A stretch of 63,971 bases of DNA, counting the filler, from Octopus bimaculoides (lineage: Eukaryota): the NCBI RefSeq assembly GCF_001194135.2. It is 4 parts of 4 records of this genome, joined end to end, with 100 filler letters (N's around TTAATTAATTAA, not from the genome) between each part and the next. Parts side by side here need not be neighbours in the genome. Positions count along the whole stretch, not along the records: positions 1 to 26,310 come from NC_068995.1; positions 26,411 to 56,742 come from NC_068997.1; 2 more parts are not named here. One strand, 5' to 3'. Position 1 is the first letter of the stretch. Each line of letters opens with the position of its first letter. Both the position numbers and the translations under genes were made by a program. This document shows, piece after piece, positions 22,990 through 36,395 of the stretch. Below the pieces are notes generated by a model. The model did not search any database. It was given only the letters and a program-made list of their open reading frames with translations, and was not told the DNA's origin.

Positions 22990-23180
22990 GATCATTGAGC
23001 TTTCTGGTCTATTTCCCTCAAGACCTTTAAACGTGTTACCCGCAAGCCCTTTATTCTAATAGCTCCTTTCCTCAAACTGCTACTCTTCGAAACTCACAAC
23101 CACTGTCTGATTTTCCTCGGGTCTATGATATTCGATCCTTTAAGCTTTCTGTCAATCAACTTCTTTAGAATTTGCAGATC
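22990..23180 (+). mobile_element. Degraded CR1/L2-like LINE 3' fragment
   Basis: TTTTCCTCGGGTCTATGATATTCGATCCTTTAAGCTTTCTGTCAATCAA translates to FP..YD..SFK..VN, a CR1-type C-terminus; weak. Confidence 0.4.
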
Positions 23181-23733
23181 CCTTCTTTTCTTTCTTTGCA
23201 GTCCCTTACGCTACAGTGGCCCCAAAATCTTTAGGAGATAAGATCGTACAAAATGTGTTATTTGTCTGAGAAAGACCAACAAATTATGGTGTTTTCTTCA
23301 ATTTTCCACTGTCTCGGAAATCTTGGGGGAAGATTAGATACATTGCCCGTACTTTTACTTCTGACTGGGTCATAAAAATATTTTTTTAAACCTACCGAGA
23401 TGGATGACATTGCATTTCCTGTTTTATGAAATCGATATAATAAAGTACCAGTGATGAATTGGTATAATAATTTACACTCTCGCTCCGCTGTGCATTAAAG
23501 CTAAACATGATGATTAAGGATCCGCCAAATGGCATTAACTGCTTCGCGAAATCCCTCTATCGGAGTTCAAATTTACAACCTGATCATGCCAAGAATCTGG
23601 TACATATCGAGACAATATCGCTGATTATTTTTGATGGTCTAAAAAGATTCTACAAAATTCAATGTCTAGTGTAGGGACAAAACCTCGCATTTAAGAGAAC
23701 GATTTATATTATTGATTATATAAATCCCAGAAG

Positions 23734-23870
23734 TTACTGCTACTTAATTTTATCGACCTCCGAAGAATGAAATACAAAGTTACTTGCGACAAAATTCGAA
23801 CTCAGGGCGTAAATAACCGTAAATAAATATTGCAAAGCATTCTATCCGACGTTGGAACGATTCTGCCAAT
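23734..23870 (-). mobile_element. Degraded SINE family C
   Basis: TACTTAATTTTATCGACCTCCGAAGAATGAAA...TTCGAACTCAG...GATTCTGCC matches the C centre and head. Confidence 0.6.
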
Positions 23871-24251
23871 TTTAAACTGAATGTTGCTGATTATCTTAGT
23901 AAATCAATAAATTCAGATATTTGATAAAGAGTTTGTAAGAGGAACAAGGTAATCTTGTATAATTAGGAAACTGTAACAAATGTAATTAACATCTAGAGTT
24001 CTCTGTAAACGGGAAAAGACAGGATGGTCATGGCTTTGGCTATAAGTCTGATTTTGATTATAGTTCCACTTAACCACAACCGATCTAGGGTTACACAACA
24101 AAAGCATTACTTGTCTTTAATTAGTATAATTACTAATAACTATTATAATTACTACCAAGAAGACCTCAACTCTATATCGCTCACAAATAAAGTCTTACTA
24201 TCTTAAAAAAAAAATGGAAGGTCATGAAATAGTGTAGTCTTAGATGCTGCT

Positions 24252-24630
24252 ATGGCCCAGTGGTTAGGGCAGCGGACTCGCGATCATAGGATCGCGGTTT
24301 CGATTACCAGACCGGGCTTTGTGAGTGTTTATTGAGCCAAAACACCTAAAGCTCCACGAGGCTCCGGCAGGGGATGGTGGCGAATCCTCCTGTACTCTTC
24401 CACCACAACTTTCTCTCACTCTTACTTCCTGTTTCTGTTGTGCCTGTAATTCAAAGGGTCAGTCTTGTCACACTGTGTCACGCTGAACATCCCCTAGAAC
24501 TACGTTAAGGGTACACGTGTCTCTGGAGTGCTCAGCCACTTGACGTTAATTTCACGAGCAGGCTGTTCCGTTGATCGGATCAACTGGAACCCTGGACGTC
24601 ATAAGCGACGGAGTGACAACAACAACAACA
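24252..24630 (+). mobile_element. SINE family A with (CAA)n tail and 13-bp TSD
   Basis: TSD AGATGCTGCTATG at 24242-24254 and 24631-24643. Confidence 0.93.
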
Positions 24631-26029
24631 AGATGCTGCTATGAAAACGAGATGAGCATGGTTGGAATTCCATGATTATGGGTCTCCGTAATCAAGGTTG
24701 ACGCAGGGCTAAACAATAACATCATTTAAAATGTTAACATTACCACCATACTATCAAAATACACGAACATTACCATCACCCTCACCACCGCACCGCACCA
24801 CATCACCACCACCACCACCACCACTACAACAACAACAACAACACTGCCACCAGCGCCATCATCACAATAATTGATTTTAAGGAAACTTTACGTTATGCTA
24901 ATTTATTTCATCCCCAATAGATAACATCAAATAGATTTTCTGTGTGACTAAATTTAATCATAGTTTTAGCTTTCAGAATTCAGTCTGAGTTGATTCTCAC
25001 AAAAGCTTCCAGTGAAATCTCATTAATAACTGCTACCTAAATATAATTCCTGCTGACTTACAAATAACCGACACTACTATACAATAAATCTTGACAATCT
25101 TTAATGATTCCAAAGAGACTGAAGTCTTATCAAAATACCAATAACATTATAATCATCATCATCATCATCACCATCATAATCAGCAGTACTTACAGTAGTA
25201 GTAGTAGTAGTAGTAGTAGTAGCAGCAGCAGCAGCAGCAGACAGATGAGAGATATATTTCTCTGTTCTCCCTGGATATGAAGTCAGTCCTATGTCACATA
25301 ACTTTCCCAGACGATCTCGTATCTTTACCAAAAAGTCACTGCCACCATCTGTACAACATCAGTAGCCAAAGTGATGCACTGATGCAGGCAGTGCAGAATA
25401 AAGAATGAGTGATAATTATGGAAAACTAGGAAATTCATCATTTAATAAGTTCCTTGAGTTCAGCTGTCTAGGGTGTGAAAATTGATTAAACGTTTTGATA
25501 ATTAAGTTAAAGGCTGATGTAATTAAGAAAAGTGGGAGAAAAATTCATAATTATTTGGAAACATCCTTTTAGTCGGAGACAGAAAAAAACCTAGCGACAA
25601 TTGTAACTCTCAAAGGAGATATAATATGAAGAAATTAAGAATTAATCTCTCTGAGTTAATTTACGTGGTTAGTGAAAGGTGAATCTTTTCTTTGCAGAGA
25701 GGGAACAGAATGTTTTGAAATTTCAAATTTCATCAGTCAAGTATAATATGGTCAAATCTGATAATGAGTTGCCATAATTTTTTACGTACAGATAAATACT
25801 TCTGAAGAATTTTTGGACAATACAATTTTACATGTCAAACAGAAACTTAATTTATCGAAACCGTCAAGGAACTGTTTACAGGATAAAGGTGTACCCTAAC
25901 CAGAAACAATGAAATACATGCAGAGGATTTGAACTTCCAGTATCTTAATTACTTAATCATTTTATTTCTGTACATATAATTAATGAGTGATAAGACAAGC
26001 TGCTATGAGGTCACTTGACCTGCTAGTTG

Positions 26030-26278
26030 CTGGCACTCCGTCGCTTACGACGTCGAGGGTTCCAGTTGATCCGATCAACGGAACAGCCTGCTCGTGAAAT
26101 TAACGTGCAAGTTATATATACGACGGGCTTCATTCAGTTTCCGTCTATCAAATCCACTTACATGGTTTTCGTCGGCCCGAGGCTATAGTAGAAGACACTT
26201 GCCCAAGGTACCACACAGTGGGACTGAACCCAGAACCATGTGGTTGGTAAGCAAGCTACTTACCACTCAGCTACTCCT
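26030..26278 (-). mobile_element. Chimeric SINE: family B 5' half joined to family A 3' end
   Basis: 26278-26121 is the B head up to its TA linker; 26112-26030 is the last ~83 nt of A, in the same orientation. Confidence 0.8.
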
Positions 26279-26310
26279 ATGATGATTATTGTATATATAT
26301 ATATATATAT

Positions 26311-26410
26311 NNNNNNNNNNNNNNNNNNNNNNNNNNNNNNNNNNNNNNNNNNNNTTAATTAATTAANNNNNNNNNNNNNNNNNNNNNNNNNNNNNNNNNN
26401 NNNNNNNNNN
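26311..26410. other. Assembly spacer: 44 N + TTAATTAATTAA + 44 N (also 56743-56842 and 60823-60922)
   Basis: The same 100-nt construct occurs three times, with stops in all six frames. Confidence 0.97.
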
Positions 26411-26462
<52 letters not shown>

Positions 26463-27794
26463 GCATATATATATGCTAAGTGCATTCCTGCTCATGCTTG
26501 CGCCGGGCTATATGTGTACGTATTTAGTCTTGTTGTTACATATACATGTTTCTGTGCATGTACAAACTTATACATACAGATAATAATCACACACATAAAC
26601 ACGCACGGAGTTATCGGAAGAAACAGTAACACACACGCGCACACACATTTGCGTAAGTGTGTGTTTATATATATATACATATATATATATATATTTATTT
26701 ATATATATATATGGGTGGGTGTATTTGTGTGCATGCATTTATGTATATAAAGACTTAGATGTATACTCATAGAAATTCAATACTCTGTGCATTATGTCTA
26801 TATGTAGGAATCAAACGACAGGCATTTATTAGAATCAATTGCTCTTTAATTTTCAAACTCTCGTCATATATACATACATATGTATATATATTTTACACAC
26901 AGGCACACACACACGTATGCACACACACACGTATGCACCAACACACATATATACACGTACACATATAATTCCAACGCATCAATCAGTAATTTTGATAACA
27001 CACGCACACACATATACACATGTATGTATACAGCTAATTACGTATAAGCGTTTATATGACTGTGTGTGTATTTGCACGCGTGTGTATGCATGTATGTGTG
27101 TATGCGCGCGCACGCGTGTTTATATGGTATGTAATGAGATAGAGAAAAATGTGGGAGAGCGTCTCGCTTAGCGCTTTAATGTATAGAGACATCAAAACAT
27201 TACGCTACACATATTTTTTAATAAAATCTGAAACTAATGGTTGATATATGCGTCCATCAATTTGACCAACAATCGCTAGGATTTTCATTTTTCGGAAGAG
27301 ATGTCTTTTGTATGTATCTGCATATACTTGGTGAAATATTATTTAGCTATCAATTTATTGGGATTCTCTATTGATTGGAATGTCTGCTGTTCTTCCTTCG
27401 TCTAAATTCTGTGTTTTCTTTTTTGTTTTAGCTTGAATTTCTTTCAGTTTTGATTTGATTGTTCTATTGAAGTTAGGTTGCATTTTTATTTCAATTCTGT
27501 TGCAATGCTTGAGAAAATAGAATAATTTCAAGTAAAAACAGAAATTAGAATGAAACGTTTTAGTAGAGCTATGAATATTTACTGTTTTTTTTAAATAGTT
27601 TTTTTATATTATTTGGTGTGATATAGACAGTTAGCTCTTGCATAGTTATATTTAAATCACAAGTTCAAAATCCAGATGATCAACTATAAAAGCAAAGGAT
27701 TGTTTATGTAGAACATTTGACCAACTAGAGGTAGCAAAGCAGTCAATTACCATTCAATTATCAATTTAGTGTTTGGAAAACGGAGACATTAGAC

Positions 27795-28053
27795 TTGCGG
27801 TTCCCAAACTTCTTTGCAACACAAATAATTTTCATGCAAGACAGTATGCAGCACGGACTCAAGGATCACATGTTTAGTAAAATATAATAAAGTGCATAAT
27901 ATATACTGGAATAACTGCAAATATTAGGCATATATAATGCAAAACACCATGCAGACACCATACGATAGTCAATGAAATAGAAATGAAATTTAAAAACATA
28001 TTCTCTTCATGTGGCCTGGTAGTGGTCTGCGGCCCGGTAGACGGAAACAACTT
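27795..28053. mobile_element. Degraded hAT-like MITE
   Basis: GCGGTTCCCAAAC left end and GGTCTGCGGCCCGGTAG right-end motif; no clean TSD. Confidence 0.4.
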
Positions 28054-30188
28054 GATTTAGAAAATATATGTATTCTTTCTGAAAAAGATGAATTGGTCGT
28101 TGGTGAAAACTCCTTGACCAGAGCTATTCACGCAGAGAACTATCCTGGAGCTAAAAGAAGCTATCATCACTCGATCCTTTAGATATTAATTATTGCTATA
28201 TATTTAAAATGAGCCAGCGTAGTCAGCGTTCAAATAAGCGGTCACTTGAAGCCAGAATTCTTCAACAGTTTCAACACTTGCAGAGAAAGGGCTACCACAA
28301 CCAATTTCTCCCATTGTATCGCTATATCTCTCACAGACAAATCTGTCTCAGTGGCTTAGTTCACCTAGCAATAAAGAAATATCATATGTAACTATTGTTT
28401 CTAATTGAGATGGATTAGTAAAGAAAGACAATTTCTAAGAAATTATTGCAATCCAAAATCTATTTTGGGTGAACTGGGGAATCAAAAATTCATGTAGTAG
28501 ATTTTAATTCTTTGTTTTCTTCTGCTGCATTCTTGCTTCAGGAGATAACGAAATGCGTACAGAAAATAAAAAAAAATCTCGGAATAATGATAAAGCGACT
28601 GATTTCTTTTTCGATTTTCCTTTTCCGGTTTTTCAACCTTCAACCTTTTATAATTGATTCTTTCTCGCCCTTTCTCACCTTTTCTCTCATCCTATCATCC
28701 CTTTTTAGTTCGTAATGCCATGTTTTCATTGTCTGATGATTCCGCTAGGACACCAGACGTGTTAGAAATCACTGATTGGCATACTCTCAACACATCAAAC
28801 TAATAGTAGCACATAAATACATAAATACACTAGATGGAGTACTTTTATCGTTTATCTTACCACCATGGAACAGTACACTATATATATATATAAAGAAGTT
28901 TGAAAACGGCACTATATAGAATAAATTTTAATTTATAATTTTCTCAGAGATATTTTACATGTTTCGTTCTTGAAAAAACGAACCTTATCAAAAATACATA
29001 TTTAAAAAAATGTAATTAAAAANNNNNNNNNNNNNNNNNNNNNNNNNNNNNNNNNNNNNNNNNNNNNNNNNNNNNNNNNNNNNNNNNNNNNNNNNNNNNN
29101 NNNNNNNNNNNNNNNNNNNNNNNNNNNNNNNNNNNNNNNNNNNNNNNNNNNNNNNNNNNNNNNNNNNNNNNNNNNNNNNNNNNNNNNNNNNNNNNNNNNN
29201 NNNNNNNNNNNNNNNNNNNNNNNNNNNNNNNNNNNNNNNNNNNNNNNNNNNNNNNNNNNNNNNNNNNNNNNNNNNNNNNNNNNNNNNNNNNNNNNNNNNN
29301 NNNNNNNNNNNNNNNNNNNNNNNNNNNNNNNNNNNNNNNNNNNNNNNNNNNNNNNNNNNNNNNNNNNNNNNNNNNNNNNNNNNNNNNNNNNNNNNNNNNN
29401 NNNNNNNNNNNNNNNNNNNNNNNNNNNNNNNNNNNNNNNNNNNNNNNNNNNNNNNNNNNNNNNNNNNNNNNNNNNNNNNNNNNNNTATATATATATATAT
29501 ATGTATATACACTATATAAATACACACGTATATATAACAGTACACTATATATATATATAAAGAAGTTTGAAAACGGCACTATATAGAATAAATTTTAATT
29601 TATAATTTTCTCAGAGATATTTTACATGTTTCGTTCTTGAAAAAACGAACCTTATCAAAAATACATATTTAAAAAAATGTAATTAAAAAAAAGTTCATAA
29701 TTGTTTCTTACTGGTGTTAACATAGTCCACGTGGGAGCGTTTTTGTGTGGGGACATAATGGCTGTCTATATTGACCTAGCTGCATGGCTAGCCGGTGGGA
29801 TGATACCGTTCGAAACGTACAAGAATGCTACGAAGCAATTGTAACCAGTGGTGAAGAATAGCTTATATTTTGATACATAAAGTGATATATATATATACAT
29901 ATATACATACAGTCATTTATACATACATACATGCATGAATAAATACACACACGCACAAATAACAGACAAACACACACACACACACGCATAATAATAAAAC
30001 AACGGCTATCTAGTCCAACGAAAATGCTTTTTCTTGTATTTGTTGCTCCATTCTCCAAGTAAATATATATATATATATGTATACATATATATATATACAT
30101 ATATATACACATATATATATGTATATATANNNNNNNNNNNNNNNNNNNNNNNNNNNNNNNNNNNNNNNNGATAGATGGACAGATGGAC

Positions 30189-30273
<85 letters not shown>

Positions 30274-31226
30274 TTTATATATATGTGTGTGTGTGTGTGT
30301 GTGTGCGTAATCCCACGACATATTGCGTTTCACCTATTGCGGTTTATTATTTAAGCTAATGTCGATTCCTCCGTGGTGTTGTTTTGCATTTATAATAAAA
30401 TAAATATAGACAAATGATAAAAAATAAAATATATATATATATATATATACACTATAGTACTGCTTCTACTTCGCGGATTTTCACCTAAGACGGTGGGTTT
30501 TGGAACGTAACACCCGCGAAAGTCGAAGGATTACTGCTTTTTCCTGCATGTGCTTATGTTTGCGCGTTCGTACATCCGTACGAAAAAGATGATTATCTAT
30601 TCCTGTAAATCTCTCATATCTCCAAATTATATCATTGATTAATCGTAAATGAATAGCCTGATTTATTTTAGGAATATATAACTGAGTTTATTAGAAGTGT
30701 AGCACACTTCTGAATGGTGTGTTAGGTAGAGTACCTCTTGTGAAAGGTTTGGGGAAAAGCTTAGCATTAAATGATTAATATTGAATAATTGCATTACAGC
30801 AGAGCCCCATTACTTCTCTAGCGTAGAATCAAGTAAACTCAGCTGGTCTTTCTGAAATTTAATGTGAATCAAGCATTTCAATTCGCTGTAACAAAAGGCT
30901 TTAGCGTTTCCCTGGTATCATATGTGGCACAAGTATAGAGTGAATTAATCTTAAGCATAATATCACGTTAAAGGATATAGTGAACATTTTCTGTTCTGAT
31001 ATGATATAAAATTAGAAAAGTGCAATTAAAAGTAGAACGCTGTATGATGTATTTGAGTTGAGGAATTGCTTTTTAGAGTCGAATGTATTCAAAAGATTCG
31101 ACTTTGGATTTATAGATGGGTTTACATTGATGTTGCAGAAGATTCTGTAAACTAAGAAAATAGCATCAGTTATCAGCTGCAATGCACAATGGAATAAAAT
31201 GAGACTAATGTTCATGATTGCTTAAA

Positions 31227-31361
<135 letters not shown>

Positions 31362-31384
31362 AAAATAATTAATAATAAATAATA

Positions 31385-32600
31385 TAATAAAAGTGGAAAA
31401 TGTGATGAATAAATGGAAAGTAGATTTAAACTCAAGTGACAGACCATTAGGGAAAGTTAATATCAAAAAAGCAATATCATTACGTAGATACTCAACAGCT
31501 TTTGTAGATTGGAAAAAATGGATTAGCAAAGCTAGACAGAAGAACTAGGAAGGTGGCGGACTCCACCCAAAGACATAAGTAGCAAGATTATACCTACCTA
31601 GATAGGAAGGCGGGAGAGGGTTAATATTAGAAGACTATGTTGAGTTCGCTAGAGTAAATATAGACTCCTATGTAGGTAATAGTGAAGAAGTTTATGAAAA
31701 GCTGCTAGAATCATAGCAAGACATGGAGAAACCAAAAACGCAAATGAAGTCAAAAACCAGAAAAAAGAACAGAAATTATCTGACTGGCAGGAAAAGACGT
31801 TGCATGATAAACTCCCAAAGATAGTTGCAAGAAATAGTAGCAGTGAGATATGGTTATGGCTGAAGAAAGGAAAGCTGAAGAGGAGGACAGAAAGTGTGTT
31901 AGTAGCTGCATAAAGTCAAGCATTAAGGACTAATTAGATAAAAGCCGATATTGACAAAATCCAAGTAGATTCCCAATGTAGATTATGCAAATCAAGCGGA
32001 AAGTAAGTGAATGTAGCATGCTGACACAGAAAGAATGCAAGAAAAGACATGACAACCTTGGGAGAGTAATCCACTGGGAGTTATGTAGAAACCTAGGATT
32101 TGAATATACTGATAAATGGTACGAACATGAACCTAGTAAAGTATTAGAAAGTAAGAAATATAGGATGTGAGATTTCAACATTCAGACTGACAGAGTAATA
32201 TAAGCTAGGAGACCTGATCTGGTGGTAGTAAATAAGGAGAATCGAAAATGCCAGAAAATTGACTTTACAATCTCAAATGATGAAAACATTAATATTGAAA
32301 GTATAGAAAAAATAGCAAAGTATCAGAAACTAGCTATTGAATTACTGAGACTATGGAAAGTGCGGTAAAATGTTTCCCAGTAGTTCTAGGTGCTTCTCTA
32401 AAGATCTGAACAGATGGATTGAGGAAATAGGCATAAAACCTGTTTAGTACAGCTCCACGAAACATTGTTATTAGGGACAACTAAGATATTTAGGAGGATT
32501 CTTGGTATCTAAGGTCACTTGTTGTAACCCGTAAGGAGGGCTCTTGGCATCTAAAGTTACTTGTTGTAGCCCGATGTTAGGATTTTTTCTTTTCTAAGTC
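31385..32600 (+). mobile_element. Dong/R4-clade (RLE) LINE remnant, multiply disabled
   Basis: Fragments LHPK..RLYLP..EGGRGL, KRHDNLGRVIHWELCRNLGFEYTDKWYEHEP, DFNIQTDRVI..RRPDLVVVNK; follows (AAT)n(AGT)n. Confidence 0.85.
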
Positions 32601-32821
32601 TAATCTGTTAAGTGTAGATGGTGGTGATGATGATGGTGGTGATGATGATGACGATGATGATGATGATGATGAGGAGGAGGAGGAGGAGGAGGAGGATAAT
32701 GATGATGGCAATGATGATGATGATGATGATGATGATAATGATGATGATTATGACCACGATAATCATAATGATGATGATGATGACAATGATGATGATAATA
32801 GCCATCAGACATAACGATTAT

Positions 32822-33220
32822 AGATAAGGAAAATTGAAGTTGCTTACTTATCGACCCATCATGCCTATTTGATTCCAGAATCATAAAGAAAGAGGAAGAA
32901 AAAATGCAATCCATTAAAATTTGAAATAAGAAGAATTTGGAATATGCGAACAGTAAAGGTCGTGCCTATAATAATTGGTGCGTTGGGCGCAGTAAGCCAA
33001 GATATAGACAAATGGCTGAAGGAGATTGAAATAGAATGCCCAGTAGAGCTCCTCCAGAAAGTTTGTCTCTCAGGAACAGCAAAAATTATCAGGAGGGTTC
33101 TAAGCACTTGAAAGACTGGAGAAAGCTTGTGGATACCTAGGGTTACAGGTAGTAATCTGCTATCCACATAATTCCTACCAGGAATAATACCGAACCTGAG
33201 CCAAACCTAAATAATAATAA
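32822..33220 (+). mobile_element. Second Dong/R4-clade 3' fragment with (AAT)n tail
   Basis: PLKFEIRRIWNMRTVKVVPIIIGALGAVS..WLKEIEIECPVELLQKVCLSGTAKIIRRVLST*. Confidence 0.85.
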
Positions 33221-33618
33221 TCCTTTCTACAAAAGGTAGAAGGCGTGAAATGTTGGGGGAAGGGGCTAGTTGATTGCATTGACACTTGTACTCAACTGGT
33301 ACTTATTTCATCGACCCTGAAAGCATAAAAGGCAAAGTCAACCTCAGCGGAATTTGCACAAAGAAAATTAAGACGAATGAAATGACGCTAAATATTATTC
33401 TGGCGTACTTCTACTATAGGCTTTAAGCCATTATAAGTCTTAAACCATTATACACCTTAAGCCAGTATAGACCTTAAGCAAATAATGGTAGAAAGGACTA
33501 GTCTATTACATCTACCGCAGTGCACAGCAGGTACTTATTTTATGGAGCCCAGAAGGATGAAAGCCAAAGTCGACCTAGACCAAATTTGAACACGGACGAA
33601 ATGTTGCAAAGGATTTTG
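33215..33618 (-). mobile_element. Two tandem degraded SINE C2 copies
   Basis: C centre motifs at about 33295-33355 and 33530-33590; tail motifs TTCTAC(A/T)A..AGG at about 33225 and 33410. Confidence 0.7.
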
Positions 33619-34138
33619 TAAAGAGCATGGCTCGTATACTGAATGTAGCTGTAAAAAGATGTGGCTATACTGAATGTAGCTGTATTTGACAAGGTTTTAT
33701 TGATTGACGCTATACACAGTATTGCTCTATATATTTTGCAAGATTAAGTATAGCAACATGTAGTACAGCGTAGAGTAAAATTAAATGTGGCTGATCTTGA
33801 TGTTACAATAAGAATGAAGCTGCAACCACAGTGGCCGTAGTTTGTACAATGATATCATGAGTGTATTACTGATTATGGAATGTATGGTGTATAGATGAAA
33901 TTATTCAAGTGGATTTGTTGTTCGTGTTTAGCTCCCAGAGTAATGTATACGATTTTGTCTTTAAAATGATATTCTTTGGCCATCATAAAAATGTTGGCCC
34001 ATTCTTTCAAGGATTATTGTCTTTCTCTTTAAAACTAGAGTCATAATTTTTTATCCTACTTTTTCTTTTTATGAACACGTAACAGTTTTTGAAGCAGTTT
34101 CGACGGAGAAAAAATATCAGAAAAACAAATGTTGCCAT

Positions 34139-34524
34139 AGGCACCGGCATAGCTATGTTGTAAGAAGCTTGCTTCCCAAACATATGGTTCCGGGTTCAGC
34201 GTCACTGCGTAGCACTCTCAGACCTGTCGAAAACTTGTAAATGGATTTGGTAGATGGAAACTGAAAGAAGCCTGACGTATATATGCATGTTTATGTATGT
34301 GTGTATTTGTTTTGTGTTTGTTCTCCATCACCACTTGACAGCCGATATTGGTGTGTTTACGTTCCGGTAACTTCGCGGTTCGGCAAAGGACTTGATAGAA
34401 TAATTACTACGTTTAAAAAAGAAGAAAAAGTAGTGGAGTCAATTTATTCGACTAATAATTCTTTAAGATGGCGCCGTAGTATGGCCGTTGTCTAATGACT
34501 AAAACAAGTAAAAGATAAAAGATA
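34139..34524 (+). mobile_element. SINE family B, CORE-like segment deleted
   Basis: Head, TA linker and tail ATGACTAAAACAAGTAAAAGATAAAAG are colinear with the 7367 copy. Confidence 0.85.
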
Positions 34525-35465
34525 CCATACATCGGAATATGGCTCAGAACAGAAATGAGGAATATCGAAAAGATTAAAATTTTATTATGCAGCAAAGCAC
34601 AGTAAAATGTCAAATATTTGTGGAATTTTGCTCAGTTGAAACATCATTAGTCTCATTCATAACACAATCTCTTGATTTGAATAATTGTAGCATTGTTTAT
34701 TTCTTTGGCTTACATTGAACCATGTTCACTCAAACATGAGCTCAGTGTCTTCACTCTCAGGAGAAACGTCAGTTGTCAGAGACAAAATGAAGTAAAAGCA
34801 ATTATCTACACATCGTTAGAATTTTCACATGTTCAAATATGTATTACAAATTTTCGCTAAACAACCATATCTTGAAGGAATATTCTGCTAAAATATTAAA
34901 TTTGTTGGGAAAAAATATTAAATAAAAACGTGATTTAACTTCATTGTATTACTGAAAAATAAAATTACAATCGTAAACTGTGGAATATTGTTATTCAAAG
35001 AGAAAATGTGGAAGAAAAACAAGAAAATAGTATTTTCACCATGTTGATATTTTCTTATTTCGAGGTAAAACATATTTCGAACATTGTAAAATATTTCATA
35101 AAAAAAAAGAAGGAAAAGAGGGAAAAAAGAAAGAATATATCAAGACAAAATAAGGGAACTTCCAAAAGAATGCTAAAATGTAGGTTTTGAAACAAAAAAA
35201 GTTGAATAATAGATTCAAGTAAGAAAATATAATTTGTTCAAAATTTCCTTGCGTCTGCATAAATACATACATACGGTGAGTTAGCAGAAATAATGAGCTT
35301 TTGGATCAAAAAACCCTACAGATTTTAGTCACATTCTGAAAGCATTTTTGACTTTTGGGTGCACAGCATCGATAAAATAACTACCAGTAATACATTGGGA
35401 TATATATTCAATTTAAATGATATCTTACGCATTTCTAATACACTAATAACATAATTATTGTGGCT

Positions 35466-35874
35466 TGACGTGGCTGTGTGGTAAGGAGCTTGATTCCGAA
35501 CCACATGGTTCTGAGTTCAGTCCCACCACATAACATCTTGGGTAAGTGTTTTCTACTATAGCCCGAGTCGACCAAAAGCCTTGTGAGTAGATTTAGAAGA
35601 CGAAAACTGGAAGAAGCACGACGTATATCTATATATATGTATATATACTTGTATGTGTGTATATGTGTGTGTCTATGTTTATCCCCCACTAACTATTGAT
35701 AGCCAGCGTTGGTGTGTTTACGCCTCCGTAAGCTAGCGTTTCGGCAAACAGACCGATAGAATAATTACCAGGCTTAAAGAAGAAGTAAAAAACGAGTACT
35801 TGAATCGATTCATTAGATTAAAGATTTTTCAATGCAGTACCCCAGAATGGCCACAGTTTAATGACTGAAACAAG

Positions 35875-35878
<4 letters not shown>
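35466..35878 (+). mobile_element. SINE family B, full length
   Basis: Colinear with the 7367 copy. Confidence 0.85.
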
Positions 35879-35916
<38 letters not shown>

Positions 35917-36000
35917 TTGATGGTACTTGTCTTGTGATGAGACGGCAAACCGAGACTGTTTAAAATCCCATAGTGAAAGGTTAAAAACTGTTTATCTTTT

Positions 36001-36395
36001 AACTTTTTATTGGATTAAGTCATTTGATTGCAACCTTGCTGGAGCACCGCTTTGGTGGGATTTAGTCGAACAAATCGACGCCTGTAGTTATTTTCTTTTC
36101 ACGTTTGATAATTATTCAATCTGTCTCATTTGTCGAACAGCTAGTTTACGGGGACGTAAACACACCAACAGTGTTTGTGAAGCGGTGGTGAGGGGACAAA
36201 CACAGAAAAAAAGGACACACACATAAATATATATACGTAGGGCGGGCTTCTTTCAGTTTCTGTAAACCAAATTCACTCGCAAGGCTTTGGTCGAAACTCT
36301 AGAAGACACTTGCCCAAAGTACTACGCAGTGGGATTGAGCCCAGGACCATGTGGTAAGGAAGCTAGCTTCTTACTATGCAGTCACACGTGCGCCT
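36001..36395 (-). mobile_element. SINE family B, full length, inverted relative to the 35466 copy
   Basis: Colinear with the 1141 copy. Confidence 0.85.

Noticed and set aside
25240-25420. Possible isolated exon (plus-strand DERYISLFSLDMK... or minus-strand VKIRDRLGKLCDIG...)
   Set aside because: No recognisable protein family and no convincing splice pair; cannot be supported without RNA data.
26355-26366. TTAATTAATTAA as a biological palindrome
   Set aside because: Fixed 44N-12-44N assembly spacer, seen three times.
29775-29825. Hairpins followed by CGAAACGTAC; similar partial motifs at 7911-7935, 44180-44210 and 48555-48572
   Set aside because: Only one half of the hammerhead core is recognisable in each.
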